A stretch of DNA of 64,000 nt from Haliotis rubra (Eukaryota). Where the stretch lies: NCBI RefSeq assembly GCF_003918875.1, contig NW_025767277.1, positions 1 through 64,000 on the forward strand, in the 5' to 3' direction. Below the pieces are notes generated by a model, which saw only the letters and a program-made list of their open reading frames with translations, searched no databases and was not told the origin of the DNA. Of this stretch, positions 1 to 11,645 are shown piece by piece; position 1 is the first letter of the stretch, and every line of letters begins with the position of its first letter. The translations under genes and the position numbers were made by a program.

Positions 1-628
1 GTGTTTCCAGTACGCAGTCCTGATCAGCCTCATCGTCCCCTAGCAGAGGTTCTGTTTGTCATACTCCTCTCTTCACCATCAGAGAGACACGGTACGCACA
101 GAGTTACTTCCCTTAGTTCCTCCTCGCATTATTTTATACATATTAAACCAGCGTCACTGCGAGCGCGTTCTCATCTGATAAATCTGACAGGTTTAATACT
201 GCTGTTCAATTGGATGTCATGCTTGTCTGCCAATGTTTCCATGAACCAATATATCAGCCAGTCAGACTGAACCTTTGCCTTAAGTGCAAATTATCATGAA
301 ACACTTGTTCAGACAGGTATACCTTGAGCCTTCAGTCTCTCAGCTAAAAGTACAAGCAAAAACAAACAAACAAACAAATCCAAAACAAAATAACTTTATT
401 TGTAGAGGGACATTGTTGGCCGAGGATGTAGAATGCAGAGTTACGTCCCTTGGCTCCTCAAGATACTGGTCTGTTCGAGTCCCTCGATACAACCTGGTTA
501 TGTCTAGGGCTTTACCATCACTCTGCCAATTATCGGTTTTACACACAAGCCTAAAGGTCTAAGGCCTCCTTCAGGGCTTACACCACAAAGCTTGGCGAGA
601 TGACAACTTGCGCTTGTGTTTTTATTAG

Positions 629-737
629 GTGGACGACAACATCAAAGGGGACCAATGAAGACATCAATCACAGATAGCTACGGGCTTCAACAGCACTGAC
701 CTGGTGTCCCTCGGCTGGAGACTTTGCTATGGTCAAT
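629..737 (+). CDS. Tetraspanin exon (start of large extracellular loop EC2), with indels
   Basis: Acceptor ttttattag at 620-628. Hand translation with small frame corrections gives VDDNIKGPMKTSITDSY.GFNSTDLVSLGWDFAMVN, which directly precedes the FKCCG exon. The donor is non-canonical (GC). Confidence 0.65.
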
Positions 738-912
738 GCGGGTCATTACCACACTGACCTAATATGCCACACTGTTTCGATACCAAAGCATTTGTAGCAT
801 TACGACCTATCACCAAAACTGTTGTGGTTATTCAAGCCACGATGAGGGCTGTGTGCAGAAGGATCCAGTTTCCATACTTACAGCACTACGTTACAACACC
901 GTGTATCACTAT

Positions 913-1770
913 ACTACTATAGCTCTTGGCTCCAGCACCATATGTCAGTATTCTACAGCACTATGCTACTATAGCCCTTGGCCCTGCACCATATGTCATT
1001 TTACTACCACACATACTATGCTATAGCTCTTGAGCTCCAGCACCATATGTCAGTGTATTCTACAGCACTAAACTGCTATAGCTCGTGGCTCCAGCACCAT
1101 ATGTCAGTATTCTGCAACACTATACTATAGCTCTTGGCTCCAGCACTATATGTCAGTATTTCCTACAACTACTGCTAAACTGTGGCTCGTAGCACCAGCA
1201 CCATATGTCAGTATTCTACAACACTATACTTTGAGCTCCTAGCTCCAGCACCATGTAGTCGGTATTCTACAACACTATGCTATAGCTCCTGGCTCCAGCA
1301 CCATATATGTCAGTATTCTACAACACTATACTATAGCTCTTAGCTCCAGCACCATATGTCAGTATCTCCAGCAACACTAATAGCTCTTAGCTCCAGCACC
1401 ATATGTCAGTATTCTACTACAACACTATACTATAGCTCTTGGCTCCAGCACCATATGTTTGTATTCTACAACACTAAACTATAGCTCGTAGCTCCAGCAC
1501 CATATGTCAGTATTCTACAACACTATACTATAGCTCTTAGCTCCAGCACTATATGTCAGTATTCTACAACACTATGCTATAGCTCCTAGCTCCAGCCATG
1601 CTCATAGGTCAGTATGCTACAACACTAAACTATAGCTCTTAGCTCCAGCACCATATGTCAGTATACTACAAGACTATACTATAGCTCCAGCACCATATGT
1701 CAGTATTCTACAACACTATACTATAGCTCTTGGCTCCAGCACCATATGTCAGTATGCTACAACACTATAC
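913..1770. repeat. Intronic minisatellite, ~49-bp unit
   Basis: Tandem ctatagctcttggctccagcaccatatgtcagtattctacaacactata, roughly 17 copies. Confidence 0.95.
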
Positions 1771-2075
1771 TACAACCTTATACTACCAGAACTACAGTAT
1801 ACTGCAACACTATGCTATAACAGTGTACAGCACTTTGATGCTGCACTTTAACCATCTGACTTTACTACAAAAGTTTACTACAGTCGAATGTGTACTACAA
1901 CACTATATAGGAAGCAACACTATGGAAGTGCCCATGTTCGTGCGTGCAAGTGTGTGTTTGTGCTCGTGTTTTGCGCGTGCGTGTGTGTATGTTTACGCGT
2001 GCGTGTGTGTAGTTCACCCCATACCTGTGTCTGTAGTTCACAACATATTTGCTATCAGGTGTTATTGTGTTTCAG

Positions 2076-2282
2076 TTTAAATGCTGTGGAGTGGACAACT
2101 ACACAGATTTCCAGTCTGCAAAACATTGGAGTAAAGAATATACACCAAAACAAACCAACACCACCATTCCCTAGAAGTCCCCATCGCTTGCTGCAAACTG
2201 AATGGAACTTTCCCCAACATACAGCTGCTGTCAGACTTCACGTGTGCCATACACCCGACATCAGCACTCCAATATAGACAAG
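2076..2282 (+). CDS. Tetraspanin EC2 exon (CCG and PxxCC motifs)
   Basis: Acceptor tgtttcag|. Reads FKCCGVDNYTDFQSAKHWSKEY..., then after a 1-nt slip LEVPIACCKLNGTFPNIQLLSDFTCAIHPTS..SNIDK, with donor AAG|GTAGTG. Net length is 207 nt (in frame). Confidence 0.85.
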
Positions 2283-3150
2283 GTAGTGTAATAACTCTCT
2301 CATGGATAGACAAGGTAGTGTAACAACTCTCTCCAATATAGACAAGGTAGTGTAATAACTCTCTCATAGATAGGCAAGGCAGTGTAACAACTCTCTCCAA
2401 CATAGACAAGGTATTGTACTAACCATCTGATAGATAGGCAAGGTCACTAAGTGTAACAACTCTCTCATGGATAGACAAGGTAGTGTAAAACTCTCTCCAA
2501 CATAGACAAGGTAGTGTAAAACTCTCTCTTACATAGACAAGGTAGTGTAACAACTTCTCTCTCATGGATAGACAAGGTAGCGTAAGAACTCTCTCATGGA
2601 TAGACAAGGTAGTGTAACAACTCTCTCATGGATAGACAAGGTAGTGTAATAACTCTCTCATGGATAGACAAGGTAGTGTAACAACTCTCTCATGGATAGA
2701 CAAGGTAGCGTAAGAACTCTCTCATGGATAGACAAGGTAGTGTAACAACTCTCTCCAACATAGACAAGGTAGTGTAAAACTCTCTCTTACATAGACAAGG
2801 TAGTGTAACAACTCTCTCATGGATAGACAAGGTAGCGTAAGAACTCTCTCATGGATAGACAAGGTAGTGTAACAACTCTCTCCAACATAGACAAGGTAGT
2901 GTAAGAACTCTCTCATGGATAGACAAGGTAGTGTAACAACTCTCTCCAACATAGACAAGGTAGTGTTACAACTCTCTCATGGATAGACAAGGAAGTGTAA
3001 CAACTCTCTGATGGATAGACAAGGTAGCGTAACAACTCTCTGATGGATAGACAAAGGTAGCGTAACAACTCTCTCATGGATAGACAAGGTAGTGTAACAA
3101 CTCTCTCATGGATAGACAAGGTAGTGTAACAACTCTCTCATGGATAGACA
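2273..3150. repeat. Minisatellite, ~32-bp unit containing the tetraspanin splice donor
   Basis: Tandem atagacaaggtagtgtaacaactctctcatgg, roughly 27 copies. Confidence 0.95.
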
Positions 3151-4774
3151 ATCAAGGAACTATCAAGAGTCCTGCCCATCATAAAGAAATTATTATTGAC
3201 AATTGATTATTTCGTTTTGGAAACTCACAGTAAGTTAAGTATGTTTTAAATCCAGTTAGCTTTCCAGTTAATTATGCATTCACCGGGTTGTGTGATTGTA
3301 TGAATACATTAAAGGGGAAGTGTACACGATAAAATCACATTTATTCTTATGTGAACCAAAGTGAAATATTTTAATTATTTAATATCACTGTTTGAGATGA
3401 TACACTCATTTTTCTTACAATGACAGTAAAACCCTCAAAATAAGTGCTGAAATGTTATGCCATATGCGGCCCTAAATGCCGAGCTAAACAGGTCAGAGTT
3501 ACCGCCCTTCGATTATGACGTAATTGGTGCCACTTGATTTTAGACTGGTCTCCTGTCTAGTCCCAAATCAAAAATAATAATACTTGAAATTAATCACGTG
3601 AGAAAAGTTTGTGAAAATACAGAAAGAAGCATAAGAACTGAAAATGTAATCAGCAGGACAGATTGATAATGTGTATTTTCATTCATAGCCTCACCTCAAT
3701 GAAAATACTAAATATGTTTAACAATGTTGACGTACGTATGACATCACTATCGGGAAGTGACACTCTCAAAATGGCGTGTTCACTGACATGAGTACATCGG
3801 ATTTTCGACGGAAAATTTCGTTGTTTCAAGCAACGTATATACATAAATGTGACATGTAAGTAGTCCGAAACATTCTGATAATCTGCTGGTTGTTATTCTC
3901 CTTTGTTTTCATTGTGACCAGGGGTGGAGAATTTCCATCGTGGGTGTTCGTGAGTTTGCGTCAATCATGGCGTCACGCTTTCAGGAACTATAATATGTTG
4001 TGATGAATCTCGAAATCATTGAATACACCTATTTTATTTAACTACCGCTTGCTACTATACCATTCCCGTGCATGGTATAAAACTAACGAGCAAGTGTATG
4101 CAAACAAAAGTAGGCGAACAGATACACAGTGTAAAATCTGAGATTTACTTTGTTTACATTTCAAACAAGTGGTCCTTTCCCAGCGCGGGATTTCACTGAA
4201 ACACTTGGTATTGGTGACAAAGACCATTTGTCATTATATTTTGAACTGTATGAGGAATTCTTGGATTAGTGTAAGTGCACGTGTGACGTTATTTTATAAA
4301 CTCTCTGCAATATGGCTGAAAATTCACTTTGACGTTAACTGTGCGTATTTTCAAAACATTCTCAGCGATTCTCTAGCTGTTGTATCGACAATGTTTCAGA
4401 ACGAGCACTGGTGATTCGATCAACAAAAAAATTAAAAATACCGCTGATCACAATGATACGGGTTCTTGGGTGTGTTATTTTTTTTTTGTCTCTTAAATTC
4501 AATTCTCCAAGCAAAATTTGACATTTGAATTATGACATCAGTACTATAATTTACGCAAAACACAGTGAATGGGGATTTCGTAATCTGTCCAAACTGGCCA
4601 GATTTACGATGCATGTAATTTTCAGTATACTTGTATTTGCCTTTACAATGGGCGTCATAGAAATGGTATCGTAGAAAAACGAATTTCAAACAGAATTAAC
4701 AACTGCCACTTTCATTTATCTTCGGGATGTATTTGGATAATTGTGGTATCGATAGGTAGGAAGAGTGGATATAT

Positions 4775-6036
4775 AATAATAATAATAATGTGTCGTATTT
4801 ATATAGCGTCAAACTCCACACTAGGTATGCTCATAGCACTAACAATCGAGGCCCGGATAGCTGCCTGTTAGGCGCTAGAAGGTTATAGTCATATGACTTT
4901 TTTCCACCGGTACCCGTTTTCCTACAGGGTGAACAGAGGCAATTTTGAACAAACACACTTGCCTAAGGCGAGACCACATGTATCACATGTGCTTCGTTGA
5001 GGACAGGACTCAAATCCTAGAAACTGTCAGGAGTCAAGCTGCCAAACACGGTCACCCATCCAAGGACTCTCCGAGCTCGACGCTGCTTAACTTCACCGAT
5101 TTGTGACCTGGGTGCCGTTCCACTAACCGATCTTAGACCTATGCCAATCGTAAACCCCTAAAATCCCAATCTTAGCGTGACGTTACGATCGGCATACCGT
5201 TCCATTAACCAATCTTACCTAAGTCAATCGTAAAGTTAAGATTCAAAGTCTAAGTTGCTCATGACCAACTTAGGATAGCTAAAATCAATCGTAGAGAAAC
5301 CAAAATGGTGGCTTTCCCTATTCTATGTGAAAATAAGAGCGAGCATTTCACCGTGAGCGTCCCCTAAAATCCCCCATGAAATGAATTTGTATATTTCTGT
5401 GATGTAAACAAACACTGCAACGAAGCCTTACAAATGTCAGGCCAGTCTGACCACTGTCGTCATGGGAACACAACCGAGCGAGTCGGTGTGACACATTTGT
5501 ACAACAATATTGCAACGTCATGGTTAAGAATAACGACAGCCGTGAAGTGAACAATTTTTCTGAAGTTAAAAGATACAAATATGTTTGATTTCACTGCGCA
5601 TATTTGGTGGGGATTCTAAAGGCAAGCCGCGTGTGATTCAAGATTAAATTACATTTGTGACGTCATTCCATTGTCTGCTCGCTCCATTACTTTTCAGGAA
5701 TGGAGCGATGTGTACCAGCTTCAAATTAAAGACTTCATTTTGTCATTTTGACATATAACTTTGATAACAGAAATATTCCCAATACTTTGAATGTAATTCT
5801 AAGTAGGGTAATATCCTCGTAACAATGTGCCTCTCGCACGAAAGAGTCTCGATCTAAGCTTGGATCGGATCGTAAGATCGGGACCGGCTACGATCGGCCT
5901 AAGATCGGTTAGTGGAACGGGTGTAACTTTTAGCTAAGACGATTGTAAAATTGGCGTAACTTGCTAAGATTGATCTTAGATAAGATCGGTTAGTGGAACG
6001 GCACCCTGAGCTTTAAGCACAGGACCACGCGCCACC
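4775..6036 (-). mobile_element. SINE with 5S rRNA-derived segment and L2-like tail, split by a MITE
   Basis: rc of 5049-5100 is ATCGGTGAAGTTAAGCAGCGTCGAGCTCGGAGAGTCCTTGGATGGGTGACCG (5S box A/box C region). Head GGTGGCGCGTGGTC at 6036. Tail GCTATATAAAT...(TAT)n. Confidence 0.7.
5111..6005. mobile_element. PIF/Harbinger-type MITE
   Basis: Perfect TIR ggtgccgttccactaaccgatctta / taagatcggttagtggaacggcacc, 3-bp CTG TSD on both sides, and subterminal copies of the TIR motif. Confidence 0.85.
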
Positions 6037-6990
6037 ACAAATATATATGCAGGAATCAAGTAACAAACGTAGAATGCCGACACATTCACCGATGGCAAGC
6101 TAGGTGTAGTGCATAAACGCTTTAGTTTTTGTGAAAAGCGATACTGTTGAATGACGACCGACTCCAGTTTGAATGTTGTAGTATTTGGTTACGTGGGTGT
6201 TTGTACAATGTATACTTTTATTGTATACAACTGTAACGTCATCTCAGTGTGCAACTGATCACATAGCCAGCTGACGGCCAGCTGGATTAAAACAGTAGCC
6301 TGCGCATCGAGACACTAGAACCACACCTATATCTGCGCCACGTGAAATGTGTCTAACAACGTCATTCGTTTATCTGTTTGGCACCAATGACGTCATTTCC
6401 AAGGGACATAAGCCATGGTGTGTTTACTTCTGGCCATAGAACACTCGGTAAATGTGGAAAATTTGAATCGATATAACGCAAAAAATAAACTAGTTACTTT
6501 TGATATTTGTACTGTTTTGTCTATAAAACTACTTGACAAACACGTTTTATGATGAGAAAGTGCAAGACAAAAAGGTTAATTTTCGTGTAAACTTGCCCTT
6601 TAAGGTGAACATTAGAATGAGCGATTGAGTTCGTTTAGAGTCATGATCATAATTTAGAAGCAGCCCATAAGTAAAGACCTAACTTTGTGTATTGTGTGAG
6701 CCAATTAAATCTCTATTTTATCGTTTAATTTTATGTACGATATTATCAATAACACATTTTCATGTCGATCATCATTAATAATTTTTCCTGTCAACAATAT
6801 TTCCGATTATCGATCGTTTTAACCAGCCCAAGAGATCACTGCATGTATGAATCTCGTGCTAACTTGTCTAGATTAAGAACCACAATACTGGCAAGTCAGG
6901 ATTCGAACCCAAGACTAGTTGGCTCAGTTCCCACAAACACCTAACACACGTGATGCCCAGACCTGCTCACTGTGATTACTTATCTTCCAG

Positions 6991-7077
6991 GGCTGCTACC
7001 AGGCTATCTGGGACATCATCAACGACAACAGCAACATCATAATGACCTTCACAATCTGTCTGATAGCAAATGTTCAG
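6991..7077 (+). CDS. Tetraspanin exon (end of EC2, start of TM4)
   Basis: Acceptor tcttccag|. Reads GCYQAIWDIINDNSNIIMTFTICLIANVQ, the typical GC...Q penultimate tetraspanin exon. The donor lacks one G (CAG|TTATAA). Confidence 0.8.
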
Positions 7078-7197
7078 TTATAATTAATATAAATGATAGG
7101 GCCTGGGTGAATGTTGTTTTCAACCCCGCACTTAGCATGAAATTCGCTGCATTACGTAGGGTTGGTTTTGTTACATACTAACCAGATCCTCATTTGG

Positions 7198-8520
7198 TTT
7201 TGGGGTTGGAGAGGTTGGGGGTTGAGGTTTGGGGTTGGAGGTTGGGGGTTGGGGGTTGGGGGATGTAGGATGGAGGTTGGGGGTTGGGGGTTGGGGGTTG
7301 GAGGTTGGAGGTTGGGGTTGGGGGATAGAGGTTGGGGGTTGGGGATGGAGGATGGGGGTTGGAGGTTGGGGGTTGGAGGTTGGGGATAGAGGTTGGAGGT
7401 TGGGGTTGGGGGGTTGGTTGGAGGTTGGAGGTTGGGGGTTGGAGGGTTGGGGGATGGAGGTTGGGGGATGGAGGATGGAGGTTGGAGGTTGGGAGTTGGA
7501 GGTTGCGGGTTGGAGGTTGGGGGTTGGGGGTTGGGGTTGGAGGTTTGGGGTTGGGGGTTGGGGGATGGAGGTTGGAGGTTGGGGGTTGGGGATGGAGGTT
7601 GGAGGTTGGGGTTGGGGGATGGAGGTTGGGGGTTGGGGGATGGAGGTTGGGGATGGAGGATGGAGGTTGGAGGTTGGGGGTTGGAGGTTGGGGATGGAGG
7701 TTGGGGATGGAGGATGGAGGTTGGGGATGGAGGTTGGGGGTTGGAGGTTAGGGGATGGAGGTTGGGGCTTGGGGATGGAGGTTGGAGGTTGGAGGTTGGG
7801 GGTTGGAGGATTGGGGTTGGGGATGGAGGTTGGGGATGGAGGTTGGGGGATGGAGGTTGGAGGTTGGTGGTTGGAGGTTGGTGGTTGATGGTTGGGGGTT
7901 GGAGGATGGGGTGGAGGTTGGGGGGATGGAGGTTGGAGGTTGGAGGTTGGAGGATGGAGGTTGGGGATGGAGGTTGGAGGTTGGAGGTTGGAGGTTTGGG
8001 GTTGGAGGTTGGGGGATGGAGGTTGGGGGGATGGAGGTTGGGGGATGGAGGATGGAGGTCAGGGGGTTGGAGGTTGGGGGTTGGAGGTTGGAGGATGGAG
8101 GTTGGGGGTTGGAGGTTGGAGGTTGGAGGATGGAGGATGGAGGTTGGAGGTTGGGGTTGGAGGTTGGGGGATGGAGGATGGAGGTTGGGGGATGGAGGTT
8201 GGGGGTTGGAGGATGGAGGTTGGGGGTTGGAGGTTGGGGATGGAGGATGGAGGTTGGGGGATGGAGGATGGAGGATTGGAGAGGTTGGGGACGGAGGAGG
8301 TTGGGGGATGGAGGATGGAGGTTGGGGTTGGAGGATGGAGGTTGGGGGTTGGAGGTTGGGGTTGGGGATGGAGGATGGAGGTTCAGGGATGGAGGTTGGA
8401 GGTTGGGGAGTGGGGGGATGGAGGTTGGGGTTTGGAGGATGGGGATGGAGGTTGAGGTCAGGGATGGGGTTGGGGGATGGGGTTTGGGGGTTGAGGGCTT
8501 GGCAAATGGGGGTTGGGGGT
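7198..8520. repeat. G-rich simple/satellite repeat (GGAGGTT/GGGGTT/GGGGAT units)
   Basis: About 1.3 kb nearly C-free tract. The Gly/Trp-rich ORFs here are by-products. Confidence 0.95.
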
Positions 8521-8894
8521 TACAGAACAGTTCATAGTTAAGGACCTACGATGAGCCTCAACATTGGCTTCGAATACCAGATTTATTGTTATAAGGGATG
8601 TTGCCTATATTAAATTTTACATATTAACATGACAAATGCAGCAGTTTGGGCGAACCTGACACAGTCAGGCTGTATTATTATTGTTATTGTCATTATTCAG
8701 TACCATACACCTGCTTGGTACAGTTCTACTGCCTCTGTTACTAGCGATCTACGTCCAGCATCAGGCTGGCAACCCCTGATCATACTAGACTACTGGTTTA
8801 AGCGGAGTGAAGACCACCTCACTCACTCACTCGCTCACCCAGCTCACTCGCTCACCCAGCCATTCACTCACTCACTCACTGTTTTCTTCCGCAG

Positions 8895-8972
8895 CTCCTG
8901 ATGATCATCTTCGCCTGTATAGTGTGCTGTAAGGAGAAGAAGAAAAACGATGATTATGATTATGACTACTAA
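8895..8972 (+). CDS. Tetraspanin last coding exon (end of TM4 and cytoplasmic tail)
   Basis: Acceptor ttttcttccgcag|. Reads LLMIIFACIVCCKEKKKNDDYDYDY-stop, with juxtamembrane cysteines typical of tetraspanins. Confidence 0.8.
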   Translation, partial: LLMIIFACIVCCKEKKKNDDYDYDY

Positions 8973-11417
8973 TACAACTACTACAACGTCATCGTCATCA
9001 TCATGAACAGCAGCTTCATCATGTTCTGTACTTCATCAACGTTTCAGCATTCTTTAACGATCTGACTAGTGCATATGAGTGTCCGTGCGTCCATTGGAAG
9101 AGGACAGACCCAGTCAGGACCGGGCTGAGAAAGTGTTCACTCGATGGTCGTTCTGTTTTACTTGTGTTTGTGCTTATGTTGTCATAAGAGGCGACTAACG
9201 AGATCGGGTAATCAGACTCGCTGACACATGTCATCGAATCCCTAATCCTAGACCGATGCTCCTGCTGTTGATCACTGGATTGTCTGACCCGGCCTTGGTT
9301 ATGTACAAACCGCCGCCATATAGCTGGAACATTGCTGAGACCGGCGTTAAACAACAATCAAACCAAACCTTCTGTTATCAAGTGTTCCTGGGGATTGTGG
9401 GTTAGACGTCTTGTCCAGCAGCCCCCTGCTTGTCGTAACAGGTGACCAGGATGGAGAGGTTTGGCACGGTGACTCGGATGATTGCGTATCTTCACACAAT
9501 GACGATGTGGGTTGTTGCCCACAGTATCAATCACCTGATTGTCTGGTCCAGACTCGATTAGTAACAGACCGCCGACCTTGTTGCTGGAATATCACAGTGT
9601 ACGGCGTTGACTACAAACCAACAAACGCAACTGTTACAATATATACCTGGTTGGAACGCGACCAAATATATCACTTGTTGTCAGAACGTTATTTAAAGAA
9701 GCTGTACAGGAGTCGTGTTGGCGCATGATGGCTGCCGCTCTTGAAGCAGAGGGCCGGACTGTCGACCGAGTGTCCCCGCTATAGTGCGGTTATGGGTCCT
9801 ATACAGAAGTACGTGATTTGCTCCCATGTATGTTGCTATACTGAAGTATCCTGTTAATTGGGTTAATGTAACCTGTATATACTGTATATACAAAATAGTT
9901 TCGCTATTTCGCAAATGAAAACAATTAACAAATTATCCATAAGCATCGATGTTTTCCCCATAATTGATCGCACGTGCAGGAAAGCCCGGATGTAACAATA
10001 TTCAAGGTATTTAAGCAGTTTCCTGTGATGCCCAAGTTAAGCTCGCATAAATAACATATGGAACAGACATAGTTTTTACATTTCCTGATCGACCTCAGCA
10101 TTTTGCAGGCGGGTTTTTGTGTCAAGTGTTTGAAATCCTATTTTCTACGTCTGCGATCTTGTCTATTCTAGTTTTTATAATTCTAGAGTGTGACGCATCA
10201 CAAAACAATGTACCGTGTCCCTTGTGCACTGAGATAAAGTCATGTGTTTATATATGAGACGATATCAGTTTGAGAAGCGAGTGTCATACACTTTTGCATG
10301 TTCTGTCTCGTGATGCATGTTGTCGTATCCTGCTGCTGGATATCGATGCTCATTATGTCAACCACTGGTCCAGACTCTGTTGTTTTCAAACGTCCGTCAT
10401 ATATGTCGGCTTTCTGAATGTGGAGTTAAACAATAATCAACGAAACAAACATGTTTCCCTTGTTTATATATTATATTGTTGTATCACCGGAAGTGTGGCT
10501 CCCTTCCTTCTCTGTATCCTCTACTGTCTACATGTACCGACGTGAGATCCCCCGGTATCTGTGATATATGTGTATATGCCAAGAATTGAACCATCCAATC
10601 AACATCGTCCACCGCAATATAAGGATCGGAAAGACACGGAGGTCTTCAGAACTATAATATTAAATATCTGATTTTAAGGATACTTTACCAAACCACCAAA
10701 CAGCATTACCCGGCACCGTAGTTCTACTTTATATGGCGGGAGTTTGTGTTTGTATCACATCACGACTTTCTATTATGCAGAATTTATTCACTATATTTTT
10801 ACATTCTGTTGTTAATTTTTGTACTGTAAAATAAGTAAAATGTTTCCATATATTCTCTGTTTGTTTTGTATATTCCTAAATCTGGATGCCCAACTGAAGA
10901 AGACCCCACCCCCACCCTTTCGAGCTCGGCTCAATGCTTATTGTAAGGGTGACGGGATTGGCTCGATACCTTGGTTGATGCAAGTCATCGTATCCTGCCT
11001 GTGCAGATCGTTGCTCTTGATATCTACCACTGGATTGTTTGCTCCAGACTTCAAAATATCAGTTCCAAGTATCGATAAGATATATTGTTCTGTTCTGTTT
11101 GATTGGCTGATTGCTGAACGACTTTTTATTGCTATTAGGAGGGTATATTTGCTGTGAGGGTATACTGTAGGTACGCTGTGAGGGTATTTGCGGTGTAGGT
11201 ACGCTGCAGTATCAATAATTATGTTAATAATGAATTCGTTCATACGTGTATTATTCCTGACTCAGTACTGCAGCTTCTAAATGCCTCTCGAAGAAATTCT
11301 TGGAGACGTAGCCAACCATGAACAGACTTGCTTGACCACAATGTTCCGATCTGTATCCAAACGTCGCTATTATTTGCATACGTTTCCCGTTCATCCATCT
11401 TATCCATAACCACGACG

Positions 11418-11645
11418 ACCTCTGAAGATCCGGGTTAGATGGTCTTCAGCAGCAGTTGCTTGTCGTAAGAGGCGACTAAGGAGATCGGGTGGTCAGGCTC
11501 GCTGACTTGGCTGATGCATGACGCTGTATCATAATGTGTGCAGACCGATGCTCGTGATATCAATCACTGAATTGTCTGGTCCAGGCTCGATTATTTACAG
11601 ACCGCTGTCATATAGCTGGAATATTGATGCATGCGGCTTTAAACA
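11418..11645 (+). mobile_element. SINE family B copy (core GCTTGTCGTAAGAGGCGACTAA, Meta/MESC-like)
   Basis: The same body recurs at ~9170-9365, ~9400-9625, 13300-13716(-), 18065-18299(-), 23300-23530(-), 23640-23808(-) and 37410-37570. Assignment of the core to Meta/MESC is from memory. Confidence 0.75.

Larger units (their letters stand above)
3313..6599. mobile_element. Non-autonomous Kolobok-type DNA transposon
   Basis: TTAA at 3309-3312 and 6600-6603. TIRs aggggaagtgtacacga and (rc) agggcaagtttacacga, with RR...YY termini. Confidence 0.75.

Noticed and set aside
913-3150. CRISPR-like appearance of regular repeats
   Set aside because: Units are head-to-tail with no unique spacers and no cas genes. 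These are eukaryotic intronic minisatellites.
5049-5100. 5S rRNA gene
   Set aside because: Only ~50 nt of diverged similarity, embedded in a SINE.
7162-8541. Long Gly/Trp-rich ORFs and TTGGGG telomere-like repeats
   Set aside because: The ORFs arise from a stop-free simple repeat in all frames. The units are heterogeneous and are not TTAGGG arrays.
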